A stretch of DNA of 64,000 bases from a virus. Where the stretch lies: positions 1 to 64,000 of IMG/VR virus record IMGVR_UViG_3300032242_001752. One strand, written 5' to 3'. How positions within the stretch are numbered: position 1 is the first letter of the stretch; every line of letters starts with the position of its first letter. Positions 55,909 to 64,000 of the stretch are shown here, in pieces. Under the pieces are notes generated by a model. It had not been told where the DNA came from and did no database searches. It saw nothing but the letters and a program-made list of their open reading frames with translations. Position numbers and translations under genes: made by a program.

Positions 55909-56141
55909 TGGCTAAGATGGCAGAACTACACGCAGAACTAACTGAACTACCTGACTCAGAAAAGTCATATATGGAAGGCTTTTTTAGAGGCCGCGCCGAA
56001 GGACTTGCTATCGGTCAAGAAGAGGGCGAATTCACAGAACGTGAACGCATTATCAAGCTGCTAGAAACTAATTTGCCTTTGGTATTTACTGAAACAGTTG
56101 CTCAAGTAACCGTAGCTTTAATTAAAGTAGAAGATAAATGA
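55908..56141 (+). CDS. hypothetical protein
   Basis: TAATG overlap; ERERIIKLLE motif. Confidence 0.7.
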   Translation: MAKMAELHAELTELPDSEKSYMEGFFRGRAEGLAIGQEEGEFTERERIIKLLETNLPLVFTETVAQVTVALIKVEDK

Positions 56142-56206
56142 GTTTCCTTATCGGATGCTTCATTGTTCTAGTCGTATTTGGAATTATAAGTTTTTTTAAC
56201 GCATGA
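56138..56206 (+). CDS. 22-aa hydrophobic micropeptide (not in track)
   Basis: ATGA overlaps at both ends. Confidence 0.45.
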   Translation: MSFLIGCFIVLVVFGIISFFNA

Positions 56207-56640
56207 CCCAAATAAACCCAGGGCTATACTCCAGTGCTACTGATGACTGGGGTACGCCTAAACCATTATTTGATGAACTAGACTCTGAGTTTAGTTTTAC
56301 CCTAGATGCCTGTGCTAGTGCTCATAACTTCAAAGTAAACAAGTATTTTACTAAAGAAGACAACGCGCTAGTGCAGGACTGGGTAGGGATTGTCTGGATG
56401 AATCCGCCTTATGGACGTACTATTGGTCAGTGGATGAAAAAGGCATTTGACGAATCTCAAAAAGGTGCTACAGTAGTCTGTCTAGTACCTGCTAGAACTG
56501 ATACCGCGTGGTGGCACGATTACGCTATGAAAGGCGAAATTCGTTTTCTACGTGGTAGAGTAAAGTTTCAACAACCGGGTAAGAGCGGAAAAGACTCCGC
56601 TCCATTCCCGAGTGCTATAGTAATTTTTAGGAGCAACTAA
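56203..56640 (+). CDS. phage DNA N6-adenine methyltransferase (Dam-like family)
   Basis: W.TP, F.LD.CA, WMNPPY, LVPARTDT.WW. Confidence 0.9.
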   Translation: MTQINPGLYSSATDDWGTPKPLFDELDSEFSFTLDACASAHNFKVNKYFTKEDNALVQDWVGIVWMNPPYGRTIGQWMKKAFDESQKGATVVCLVPARTDTAWWHDYAMKGEIRFLRGRVKFQQPGKSGKDSAPFPSAIVIFRSN

Positions 56641-57131
56641 TGCAAACATTTCTGCCGTATAAAAACTTTGCCGAATCGGCCAGCGCTTTAGATAATAAGC
56701 GTTTAAACAAACAAATACTTGAAGGCTATCAAATCCTCAAGGTACTTAATAATGATGACCCTAAAGCTGGTTGGAGAAATCACCCAGCTGTAAAAATGTG
56801 GAAAGGCCACGAAGGACAGCTTTGGCTATACATCATGAACATGGTAGATGAAGCCAATAAGCGTGGAATTAAGACCGAAAACAACATGGACAACCTCCGT
56901 GTACTAAAAAAATACACCTCAAGAAATTGGGGATGGGCTTTACCTAAGTGGTATACAGACCCCTTCACAATGCGTAGAGTCCTTGCTACCCATAAAGCTA
57001 ACCTTTTCCGTAAAGACCCTGTATACTATTTTGAGTTTGCCTCGTCAGTTACCGATAAAGCAAATACACCATGTTGCGAAAAATGCAACTATTACTGGGT
57101 AACCCATAAGGAGAAATCTAATGAAAGTTAA
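56640..57131 (+). CDS. pyrimidine-dimer DNA glycosylase-like (MSMEG_6728 family)
   Basis: MQTFLPY..F..SA..LD.KRL.KQ..E, HPAV.MW, H..NL.RKDP. Confidence 0.85.
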   Translation: MQTFLPYKNFAESASALDNKRLNKQILEGYQILKVLNNDDPKAGWRNHPAVKMWKGHEGQLWLYIMNMVDEANKRGIKTENNMDNLRVLKKYTSRNWGWALPKWYTDPFTMRRVLATHKANLFRKDPVYYFEFASSVTDKANTPCCEKCNYYWVTHKEKSNES

Positions 57132-57369
57132 AGTTTATACAAATCCAAACTGTGTACAGTGCGATGCAACGAAGCGTTGGCTAACCGCAAACAAAATTAA
57201 CTTTGAAACCAAGCTAATTTCAGAAAGCCCTGAAATTGAGGACCTTATCAAAGAAAAAGGGTTTGTTGCTGCCCCAGTTGTGACCGCAGATGAAATGTCA
57301 TGGTCAGGGTTTAGACTAGAAAAGCTTAAAACAATCAACAATATAATTTTTTCTGAGGAACACAAGTGA
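57121..57369 (+). CDS. nrdH: NrdH-like glutaredoxin
   Basis: CVQC, APVV, WSGFR. Confidence 0.9.
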   Translation: MKVKVYTNPNCVQCDATKRWLTANKINFETKLISESPEIEDLIKEKGFVAAPVVTADEMSWSGFRLEKLKTINNIIFSEEHK

Positions 57370-57548
57370 GCGATAAAATAACTCTTACCAAAAAAGATGT
57401 TTTTGGATTTGCGTTAATTATAGTACTTATGCTAGGCTCTTTGGTCTATGGATTTTTTCTATTAAAAAACAAGACCCCAGAAAACTGTTGGGGTCAGTAT
57501 ACGACAGAAGATGCAGCTATTTATAACTGCGAAAAACATCATGGCTGA
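57366..57548 (+). CDS. small membrane protein
   Basis: single TM, two Cys. Confidence 0.65.
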   Translation: MSDKITLTKKDVFGFALIIVLMLGSLVYGFFLLKNKTPENCWGQYTTEDAAIYNCEKHHG

Positions 57549-58011
57549 AAAAGATTTTATTGACGACATGTTCGGAGAACTTGATGTTTACTACCCAGGT
57601 AGTAAACGTAAAAGACTTCAACCTGTAGAAAAGCCTGCTCTGGACACAGACTGGCAAAAAGATTCATATAAAAAAACTTTGCCAAATGGTAGAGAAATTG
57701 AAGTTTATACGCTAGGCTCATTAGCTAAAGCACTAAACCGAACAATTCCAACGCTAAGGCAATGGATGCAAAGAGGAAAACTTCCTCAAGCTCCGTACCG
57801 TTTACCAGCTAAAGCTGATAAAAACGGTAAGGTGTTTGAAGGCAGGCGACTCTACAGTAAGGAAATGGTAGAAGTTACAGTAAATTTGTTTCTAAAGGCT
57901 GGACTTTTAGACACAGATCGTATAGACTGGAACATACACCGGAATCTTACTAGTAGGATTGCCGAGGCGTGGGAAACAATCCGCGCAGAAGAAAACAAAA
58001 CAATCGATTAA
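57541..58011 (+). CDS. MerR-like HTH DNA-binding protein
   Basis: YTLGSLAKALNRTIPTLRQW...G.LP...RRLYS. Confidence 0.75.
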   Translation: MAEKDFIDDMFGELDVYYPGSKRKRLQPVEKPALDTDWQKDSYKKTLPNGREIEVYTLGSLAKALNRTIPTLRQWMQRGKLPQAPYRLPAKADKNGKVFEGRRLYSKEMVEVTVNLFLKAGLLDTDRIDWNIHRNLTSRIAEAWETIRAEENKTID

Positions 58012-58020
58012 GGAAAATAA

Positions 58021-58677
58021 ATGCCAATCAACAATGCCCCAGATGCCGCTAGCTACCTTGCCGACGACATCGATGCCCGTCCATCACAGGCCACCGCAAC
58101 ATCCACATCAGTTCAGTCTGGTTGGGATGCAGCAGGTAGCCTAAGCACCTCAAGTGACTTCCCAACAGAAGTTAAGTTTGAGGAAAACAAGCACCAGGTC
58201 TTCAAGTTTCTTGACGAGAATGGCCCATTTGCTATTTACAAGCAGCACTTTCTAAAGCAGAAGACAAGCGGTAAGCGCTCGTATGTCTGCATCGGTGCTA
58301 ACTGCCCACTCTGTGTCAAGCTTGAAGACAGACCAGAGAACAAGCGCGCATTTACAGTTGTAACCCTAAACTCACCAGAGAGTATGCAGCGTCAGATGCT
58401 CATTTCAGGTGCACGCCTATATCAGGCCTTGCATGCCGCACACTACTCACCACAGGGTCCTTTGACTAAGGGATACTGGGCTGTCGTGCGTATCGGTAAG
58501 GGTCCACAGACCAATTACACAGTAACTCCAATTAAGGAACGCGACCTAGGCGAAGACTGGAACCTAGATGCAGATGCAGCCGCTAAGGTTGTAGAGGCAT
58601 CAGACGTTTACACCCGTAGCCTAATCAAAGAGCACTCATTTGAAGAGCTTGACGAAATCGCAGATTCTTTAATCTAG
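58021..58677 (+). CDS. single-stranded DNA-binding protein (gp32-like)
   Basis: H...C....CPLC, G.G.QT.Y, acidic C-terminus; before polymerase. Confidence 0.7.
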   Translation: MPINNAPDAASYLADDIDARPSQATATSTSVQSGWDAAGSLSTSSDFPTEVKFEENKHQVFKFLDENGPFAIYKQHFLKQKTSGKRSYVCIGANCPLCVKLEDRPENKRAFTVVTLNSPESMQRQMLISGARLYQALHAAHYSPQGPLTKGYWAVVRIGKGPQTNYTVTPIKERDLGEDWNLDADAAAKVVEASDVYTRSLIKEHSFEELDEIADSLI

Positions 58678-58737
58678 ATTCGATAGTAGTGGGCGGGGAT
58701 TTGACATCCCCGCCTATTACGCTATTGTGGAGATACT

Positions 58738-60720
58738 ATGAATATTATTACTACTGCCGAACAACTTTCCGAAATGGTAGATTACTACCTAACTCAAAAT
58801 GCCTTTGCCTTTGACGTTGAAACCGTAGGCCCTCGTAGAGGTATGACCCCCGTAAATGAAGTCCTGTGGATTACATTTGCAACTAATGGTCGCTGCGATG
58901 TTATTCCTATGGGACATCCAAATGGCGACTTTATCGAAGAAGTTTTCCCACTGACCGGTCAGGGAGAAATTCGTAAGGAAAAGGGATTACCCCTTAGACC
59001 TAGCGACTACAGCCGTGACTCAAAGAAAGCAACCAAGGTCTTTGGACCTGCACCAGAACAGCTATATCCAGCTGAGGTGTTCAAGGCCCTAGAGCCACTT
59101 ATGTTTTCTGAAACTATCCTAACTATTGGTCATAATTTAGTATTTGACTTGACATCAGTAGCTAAGTACTACGGTGGTCGAGTTCCTACTGGTCCATACT
59201 TTGACACGATGATTGCATCGTTTATCTCAGACAACCGTAATAAGAATAAGTGCGGTCTTGCTGACTGCCTTAAGCGCGAGTTTGGGTATGAAATGGAAAA
59301 AGGCGTGGGTAAAGAGGTTGAGGTTTATGACTTTAACACCGTAGCCAAGTACGCCTATCTGGACTCAAAGTACACTTTCTTATTGTGGAAGTCACTTGTA
59401 CCAAAGCTAGAGGATGCCGACCTTAACCGCGTTATGTCCTTAGAAATGGACGTGCTTGCTGTTCTATGCGACATGAAATTAACCGGTGCAACTATTGATA
59501 CCGAATCACTTAAAAACCTTAAGTTTGAGTTAGAACTAAAGGTAGATGAGACTCGTGCAAGAATTTATTTAATTGCAGGTCGAGAGTTTAATATTAATTC
59601 CAACCAAGAAAAGCAGGCACTTCTATACGGGTCTAAAGAAGAAGGCGGTAGAGGCTTAAAAGCTAAAGTGCTTACCACAAAAGGTAATGAAAAGGATAAA
59701 GCCGGAACTTCATTATCTGAATCAGATTACTCAGTATCTGCAGAGGCGCTAGAGCCTTACAGAGATAAGGATGATTTAGTAACAGCTTTGCTAGAGTATG
59801 CAGATTATAATAAGCTACTTTCAACCTATGTAATTCCATATCTTGGAGGAGAAGTTGAGCGCACAACCGCTGGAAAGACTCGCACAGAGACCAAAGATAC
59901 GCTGCTAATTGACGGCAGACTTCACGGAGACTTTGTGCAACACGGTGCTGAAACCGGTCGTTTCTCTAGCCGCAACCCTAACTTGCAAAATGTTCCGGCA
60001 CCTAGCACTATTCATGGTAAGGCCATTCGTAATCTATTTGTGGCTCCGCCAGGACATAAGTTAGTTGTAGCTGACTACTCACAGATTGAACCTAGAGTCA
60101 TTGCCTCATTCTCGGAAGATCCGATTATGATGGATAACTATTTGACCGGCCAAGATATATATACAACCATTGGTAACACAATGAATGTAGGGCGTAAAGC
60201 AGGTAAGGTACTTGTTCTAGCCATGGCGTACGGAGTAGGTCCTGACAAGATTGCTAGCCAGATTGGCTGTACCAAGACTGAGGCTAAAAATCTATTAGAT
60301 AGGTTTGCCAGAGAGTTCCCAGCCATTTCTGCTTACCGTTCTAAAGTAATCGGTGCAACTCGAGCAGGTAAACCTGTTCCTCACATCAAGACCCTTACAG
60401 GTCGTCGTCGCTATCTTCCAGAGATTATGTCAAGAGATAACGGGCTACGAGCAGGTGCTGAGCGTCAAGCGTTTAATACTAAAATCCAAGGCAGTGCCGC
60501 AGATATTATTAAGATTGCTATGGTTCGCGCCTGGAACATGATTCCAAAAGAAGCAAAGATTATACTCACAGTTCACGATGAACTAGTATTAACTACACCA
60601 GCAGAACTTGCTGATGAAACTGCAGAAAAACTGCGCCAAGCGATGGAAGAGATTGAGGTTTTAAAAGTGCCTTTAATTGCTGACATCACAATAGTAGATA
60701 GGTGGGGTGAGGCAAAGTGA
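58738..60720 (+). CDS. polA: family A DNA polymerase (3'-5' exonuclease plus polymerase)
   Basis: FDVET, HNL.FD, TGRFSSRNPNLQN, DYSQIE, QGSAAD, VHDE. Confidence 0.96.
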   Translation: MNIITTAEQLSEMVDYYLTQNAFAFDVETVGPRRGMTPVNEVLWITFATNGRCDVIPMGHPNGDFIEEVFPLTGQGEIRKEKGLPLRPSDYSRDSKKATKVFGPAPEQLYPAEVFKALEPLMFSETILTIGHNLVFDLTSVAKYYGGRVPTGPYFDTMIASFISDNRNKNKCGLADCLKREFGYEMEKGVGKEVEVYDFNTVAKYAYLDSKYTFLLWKSLVPKLEDADLNRVMSLEMDVLAVLCDMKLTGATIDTESLKNLKFELELKVDETRARIYLIAGREFNINSNQEKQALLYGSKEEGGRGLKAKVLTTKGNEKDKAGTSLSESDYSVSAEALEPYRDKDDLVTALLEYADYNKLLSTYVIPYLGGEVERTTAGKTRTETKDTLLIDGRLHGDFVQHGAETGRFSSRNPNLQNVPAPSTIHGKAIRNLFVAPPGHKLVVADYSQIEPRVIASFSEDPIMMDNYLTGQDIYTTIGNTMNVGRKAGKVLVLAMAYGVGPDKIASQIGCTKTEAKNLLDRFAREFPAISAYRSKVIGATRAGKPVPHIKTLTGRRRYLPEIMSRDNGLRAGAERQAFNTKIQGSAADIIKIAMVRAWNMIPKEAKIILTVHDELVLTTPAELADETAEKLRQAMEEIEVLKVPLIADITIVDRWGEAK

Positions 60721-61175
60721 CCTCTTGGCCATTTGTAAATCCAGATGAGGATGGGGACATCCACAAAATACCAGTTAGTACATTATATAGATGGTACCTG
60801 TACGATACCCTAGGCGATGAAGCTAATCAATATATTGATGTGTTTAACTTATCACCTGTCAGTGAAGAGGGCGATGAAAAAGAGATTGAAGAGTCGGAAC
60901 GCAGACTAGGCGTAATAGATTCACTACTTCCATTTATTTCGCTATATGCAACTATGACGGCGCAATGCTCGTTCGAAGCACACCGCAAGGAGATGTTAAA
61001 AATTCCGGGTGTTACTGAAAGTGTGTTAGAATCTAGTGCAGATACTTTAAAAGAGTTTTATAGCGCATTAACTTTTAATGGTCTAGTGTCAGCTTTTGCA
61101 GCTGCTGTTGACCTTAAATTAGTTACATTACCAGGATTTAGAACAGGAATCCAAAAGGAGAAAAATGAACAGTAG
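60717..61175 (+). CDS. hypothetical protein
   Basis: GTGA overlap. Confidence 0.75.
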   Translation: MTSWPFVNPDEDGDIHKIPVSTLYRWYLYDTLGDEANQYIDVFNLSPVSEEGDEKEIEESERRLGVIDSLLPFISLYATMTAQCSFEAHRKEMLKIPGVTESVLESSADTLKEFYSALTFNGLVSAFAAAVDLKLVTLPGFRTGIQKEKNEQ

Positions 61176-61593
61176 TTCATGGTGGGCAGATAAGCTCGGT
61201 ACACCAAGACAATCGCAACCACAACCTAGATTACCGGAGCAACAGGTTCCGGTAGTAAACCCAGGAGTAACCCCACAGTACCCAGGGTATACGCCTAATC
61301 AAGGATATCCACCGGTAACTCAGCAACCTGTATATAACCCAGAGCTAGAGGGACACAGATTGCCAGCTAGCGCAATGACACCAAGTCGTTGTCCAAACTG
61401 TTCCAGCGGTAACTATGGCAAGATGACCCCAGAGACAGCCCCACGTTGCTATGACTGCGGATATCCAATTCAACAGTCAGGCTCAGGTATGCCAGGAGTT
61501 AGAATTCCTACAAACGGAAATACTGAAGCTGCTAAGCAAATCAGTACCCAAAATAATTTTAATCCAAATACGATCATCGATAGGATTGGCTAA
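61165..61593 (+). CDS. Pro/Gln-rich zinc-ribbon protein
   Basis: CPNC.S.NY...RCYDCGYP. Confidence 0.75.
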   Translation: MNSSSWWADKLGTPRQSQPQPRLPEQQVPVVNPGVTPQYPGYTPNQGYPPVTQQPVYNPELEGHRLPASAMTPSRCPNCSSGNYGKMTPETAPRCYDCGYPIQQSGSGMPGVRIPTNGNTEAAKQISTQNNFNPNTIIDRIG

Positions 61594-62609
61594 TGTCACT
61601 TCAAAAAGTTCTAGCACAAATTAATAAAAAGTATGGCGAAAACACCGTTGTACTAGCATCAGACGTAGCTGCACCAACTCGTTTTACATCAGGTTCATTG
61701 TCGCTAGATATGATTTTGGGTGGAGGTTGGCCAACCAACCAGTGGCATGAAATTATCGGTGAGGCAAGCAATGGTAAGACTGCTTTGGCACTTAAGACCA
61801 TTGCCGCTAACCAAAAGCGTGACCCTAACTTTACAACTATTTGGATTGCTGCTGAGCAGTGGGTACCAGAGTACGCAGAGATGTGTGGCGTAGACCAAAC
61901 TCGCGTTCACGTATTTACCAGCAATGTCATGGAAACAGCCCTTACAGCGGTCCTAGAGTTCATTGAAACCAAAGAAGTAGACTGTGTGGTAATTGACTCA
62001 CTTCCAGCCCTCGTGCCTTCAGCAGAAGACGAGAAAGAGATGGATGAGTTTACCGTTGGCCGTGGAGCTATGCTTATGGGCAAGTTTTTCCGCAAGATGG
62101 AAAAGGCGGGTAAACGTGACCTACTAGGTGGCGAACGTCCTTTCATCGGTCTAATCATCAACCAGTTCCGTATGAAGATTGGTGTCATGTATGGTGACCC
62201 TCGTACCACTCCAGGCGGAGAGGCTAAAAACTATTTCTTCTTTACTCGTATTGACGTTAAGCGTGACGAGTGGATTGAGATTGGCACAGGCCAGGAAAAG
62301 CGTAAAGTTGGTCAGACTATTAAGTTCCAAACTAGAAAGAACAAGTCAGCTCCTCCGGGACAAACTGCCTTTGTAGATTTCTACTTCGACGACGGCTCAG
62401 GCATCGACAAGGGCGAGTATGACTTTGCTAAAGAAATCGTATCGCTAGCAATCATTAATAAAATTGTTACACGCGCTGGCGCGTATTACCGTTATTCAGA
62501 ACGTCAGTGGCAGGGTGCAGATGCGTTGCTTAATTCAATTCGTGAAGAAGTTGATTTGCAAGAGCAGTTGACTAAGGACGTGATGAGCACCCTAAAGGGA
62601 GTGCTATAA
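61593..62609 (+). CDS. recA: RecA-like recombinase
   Basis: SGSLSLD..LGGG, GEASNGKT, VIDS, INQ.R.KIGV.YGDP.TTPGG. Confidence 0.95.
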   Translation: MSLQKVLAQINKKYGENTVVLASDVAAPTRFTSGSLSLDMILGGGWPTNQWHEIIGEASNGKTALALKTIAANQKRDPNFTTIWIAAEQWVPEYAEMCGVDQTRVHVFTSNVMETALTAVLEFIETKEVDCVVIDSLPALVPSAEDEKEMDEFTVGRGAMLMGKFFRKMEKAGKRDLLGGERPFIGLIINQFRMKIGVMYGDPRTTPGGEAKNYFFFTRIDVKRDEWIEIGTGQEKRKVGQTIKFQTRKNKSAPPGQTAFVDFYFDDGSGIDKGEYDFAKEIVSLAIINKIVTRAGAYYRYSERQWQGADALLNSIREEVDLQEQLTKDVMSTLKGVL

Positions 62610-62812
62610 TGCCTAGAGTTAAGTTTATTAGAGCCTGCTCCATTATCGACTGTGCTGTAGACCATTATGCTAAAGGATTTTGTAAACAGCATTACATGGC
62701 TGCAAACAGGGAAAAGTTTAATCCTAGTAAAAATCCAAATAAGCCAGCGGCACCAGAGTTTGACTATGAAGACTTTTGGCAATTTGTGAAGAAAGAATTA
62801 AAAATTGGCTAA
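62609..62812 (+). CDS. small Zn-finger protein
   Basis: C....C......GFCKQHY. Confidence 0.65.
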   Translation: MPRVKFIRACSIIDCAVDHYAKGFCKQHYMAANREKFNPSKNPNKPAAPEFDYEDFWQFVKKELKIG

Positions 62813-63149
62813 ATCAGAGGGTCAAAAGCAATCCCTTAAACACGAGAAGCGTCTTGCCAAAGCTGTCGGAGGTCAACGTAATGTTGCCTCCGGCGCTTTT
62901 TGGTTTCGTAAAGGTGATGTCAGGTCTCAAGACCTTCTAATTGAGCATAAATGGACCGGTAAAAAGTCATTTACCCTTAAGTCAGATATCCTAGAGAAGA
63001 TTACCACTGAAGCCCTCCTAGACAGTCGTACGCCTGTTTTAGGCATAAGCCTAAATGACGTTAATTATGTAGTCATGGACGAAAATGACTTTTTAACTAT
63101 GCGCGAGTTTCTGATACAATGTATAGAGGAGCACACGGAAGAGAAGTGA
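62805..63149 (+). CDS. Holliday junction resolvase-like PD-(D/E)XK nuclease
   Basis: E.R.AK..GG....SGA....GDV.....IEHK. Confidence 0.75.
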   Translation: MAKSEGQKQSLKHEKRLAKAVGGQRNVASGAFWFRKGDVRSQDLLIEHKWTGKKSFTLKSDILEKITTEALLDSRTPVLGISLNDVNYVVMDENDFLTMREFLIQCIEEHTEEK

Positions 63150-63168
63150 CCCTACCATCGGAGTTCAT

Positions 63169-63543
63169 TTGTCCAACCCCTTTATTAGCCTATTTTCTGA
63201 GCCGGAAGAGTGGCAAAATCAAGCCAAGTGTGGCACTAGAGACTATAATGAAATCACTAAAGAATATACGTCTGTGTATGACCCAGACTTGTGGTTTCCG
63301 CCTCGTGATAAAGATTTATATAAACCAATAGCAGATAGAGCTAAATCAATTTGTTTTGGTAGAGATGGTCGCGGAGAATGCCCTGTAAGACTACAGTGTT
63401 TAATGTTCGCAGATAAGACCGAAGAGGTGCACGGAATCTGGGGCGGAATGAGCCACAGAGAAAGAAATGCACTAAAGCGTAAAGCAGAAAAACAAGGAAC
63501 CACTCTAGAAGAACTTGCAAAAAAATCTAGTAGACAAACTTAA
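63169..63543 (+). CDS. whiB: WhiB-family transcription factor
   Basis: W...AKC...WFP...AKSIC...CPVR.QC...GIWGG. Confidence 0.9.
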   Translation: MSNPFISLFSEPEEWQNQAKCGTRDYNEITKEYTSVYDPDLWFPPRDKDLYKPIADRAKSICFGRDGRGECPVRLQCLMFADKTEEVHGIWGGMSHRERNALKRKAEKQGTTLEELAKKSSRQT

Positions 63544-63580
63544 AAAAGTATGCTAGGTTCTTCAGTGGAGGAAATAAAAT

Positions 63581-64000
63581 ATGCCAGATAAAAAACTGAA
63601 AAAGATACCTGCCGGTGCACTGAAGAACTTTGTAGATGCGGGTAAAGCAACAACTAGAGTGATTAGCAAAGTTGAACGCTTTGTATTATCACAGCCAATT
63701 GATAACTCGCGTGCATTTAACGGGCTACATCCATCAGCCATGGTAAGCGAATACTGGTGCCATCGTGCATCCTATTTCCACTTAAAAGGAAATATTCCAG
63801 CCCCACAAGACCGTAACTTTAAACGCGAATTAATTTTTGCGCAGGGTCATGGAATCCACAATACGTGGCAGAACTGGCTACGCGACATGGGTAAGCTGTA
63901 TGGCGTTTGGAAATGCCTTAACTGTGACGCACACTTCTGGGATACTAGCCCAGTAAACTGTGATGCCTGCCAAACAAATGGTCCATTGGTATATAAAGAA
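63581..64000 (+). CDS. Cas4-like PD-(D/E)XK exonuclease (runs off window end)
   Basis: LHPS......C.R, G..IH..WQ, CxxC pairs; GGAGG RBS. Confidence 0.65.
   Translation, partial: MPDKKLKKIPAGALKNFVDAGKATTRVISKVERFVLSQPIDNSRAFNGLHPSAMVSEYWCHRASYFHLKGNIPAPQDRNFKRELIFAQGHGIHNTWQNWLRDMGKLYGVWKCLNCDAHFWDTSPVNCDACQTNGPLVYKE

Noticed and set aside
11850-62609. Inteins or introns in terL, dnaB, polA or recA
   Set aside because: Lengths are normal, motifs are contiguous and no splice-junction signatures were seen.

Overview
This window is a 64-kb stretch of a large dsDNA myovirus (contractile tail) whose host is probably an actinobacterium, inferred from WhiB, NrdH, an MSMEG_6728-like glycosylase and leaderless genes. 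The gene content loosely resembles Bxz1-type actinophages. Layout: (i) 1-3400, leftward, probably early cassettes of about 1.1 kb, each built from the same non-coding parts: 19-bp boxes, a fixed-geometry promoter, a 5' stem-loop, intergenic H-type pseudoknots, a GC hairpin and a hairpin or T-shaped element with conserved ends; (ii) 3.5-11.7 kb, small rightward genes, several sharing an N-terminal MxPxxxQ[FL] motif, plus HNH, KTSC and a large virion surface protein; (iii) 11.8-43.2 kb, terminase, portal, scaffold, capsid, neck, a Lys-rich microprotein cluster, sheath, tube, chaperone, tape measure and baseplate; (iv) 43.3-50.5 kb, replication initiator, DnaC-like loader, DnaB, primase and SNF2 helicase; (v) 50.5-54.1 kb, lysis and envelope genes, including a PA14 protein with a probable -1 frameshift; (vi) 54.1-55.2 kb, tRNA-Thr, hsp20, an 80-nt tmRNA tRNA-like domain with no mRNA domain, an unknown GNRA-rich RNA and tRNA-Asn; (vii) 55.2-64 kb, DNA metabolism genes (Dam, SSB, PolA, RecA, resolvase, WhiB, Cas4-like nuclease). 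The best candidates for something undescribed are the minimal or split tmRNA locus and the repeated structured cassette system at the left end. All calls come from motif recognition by eye; no searches or folding programs were run.
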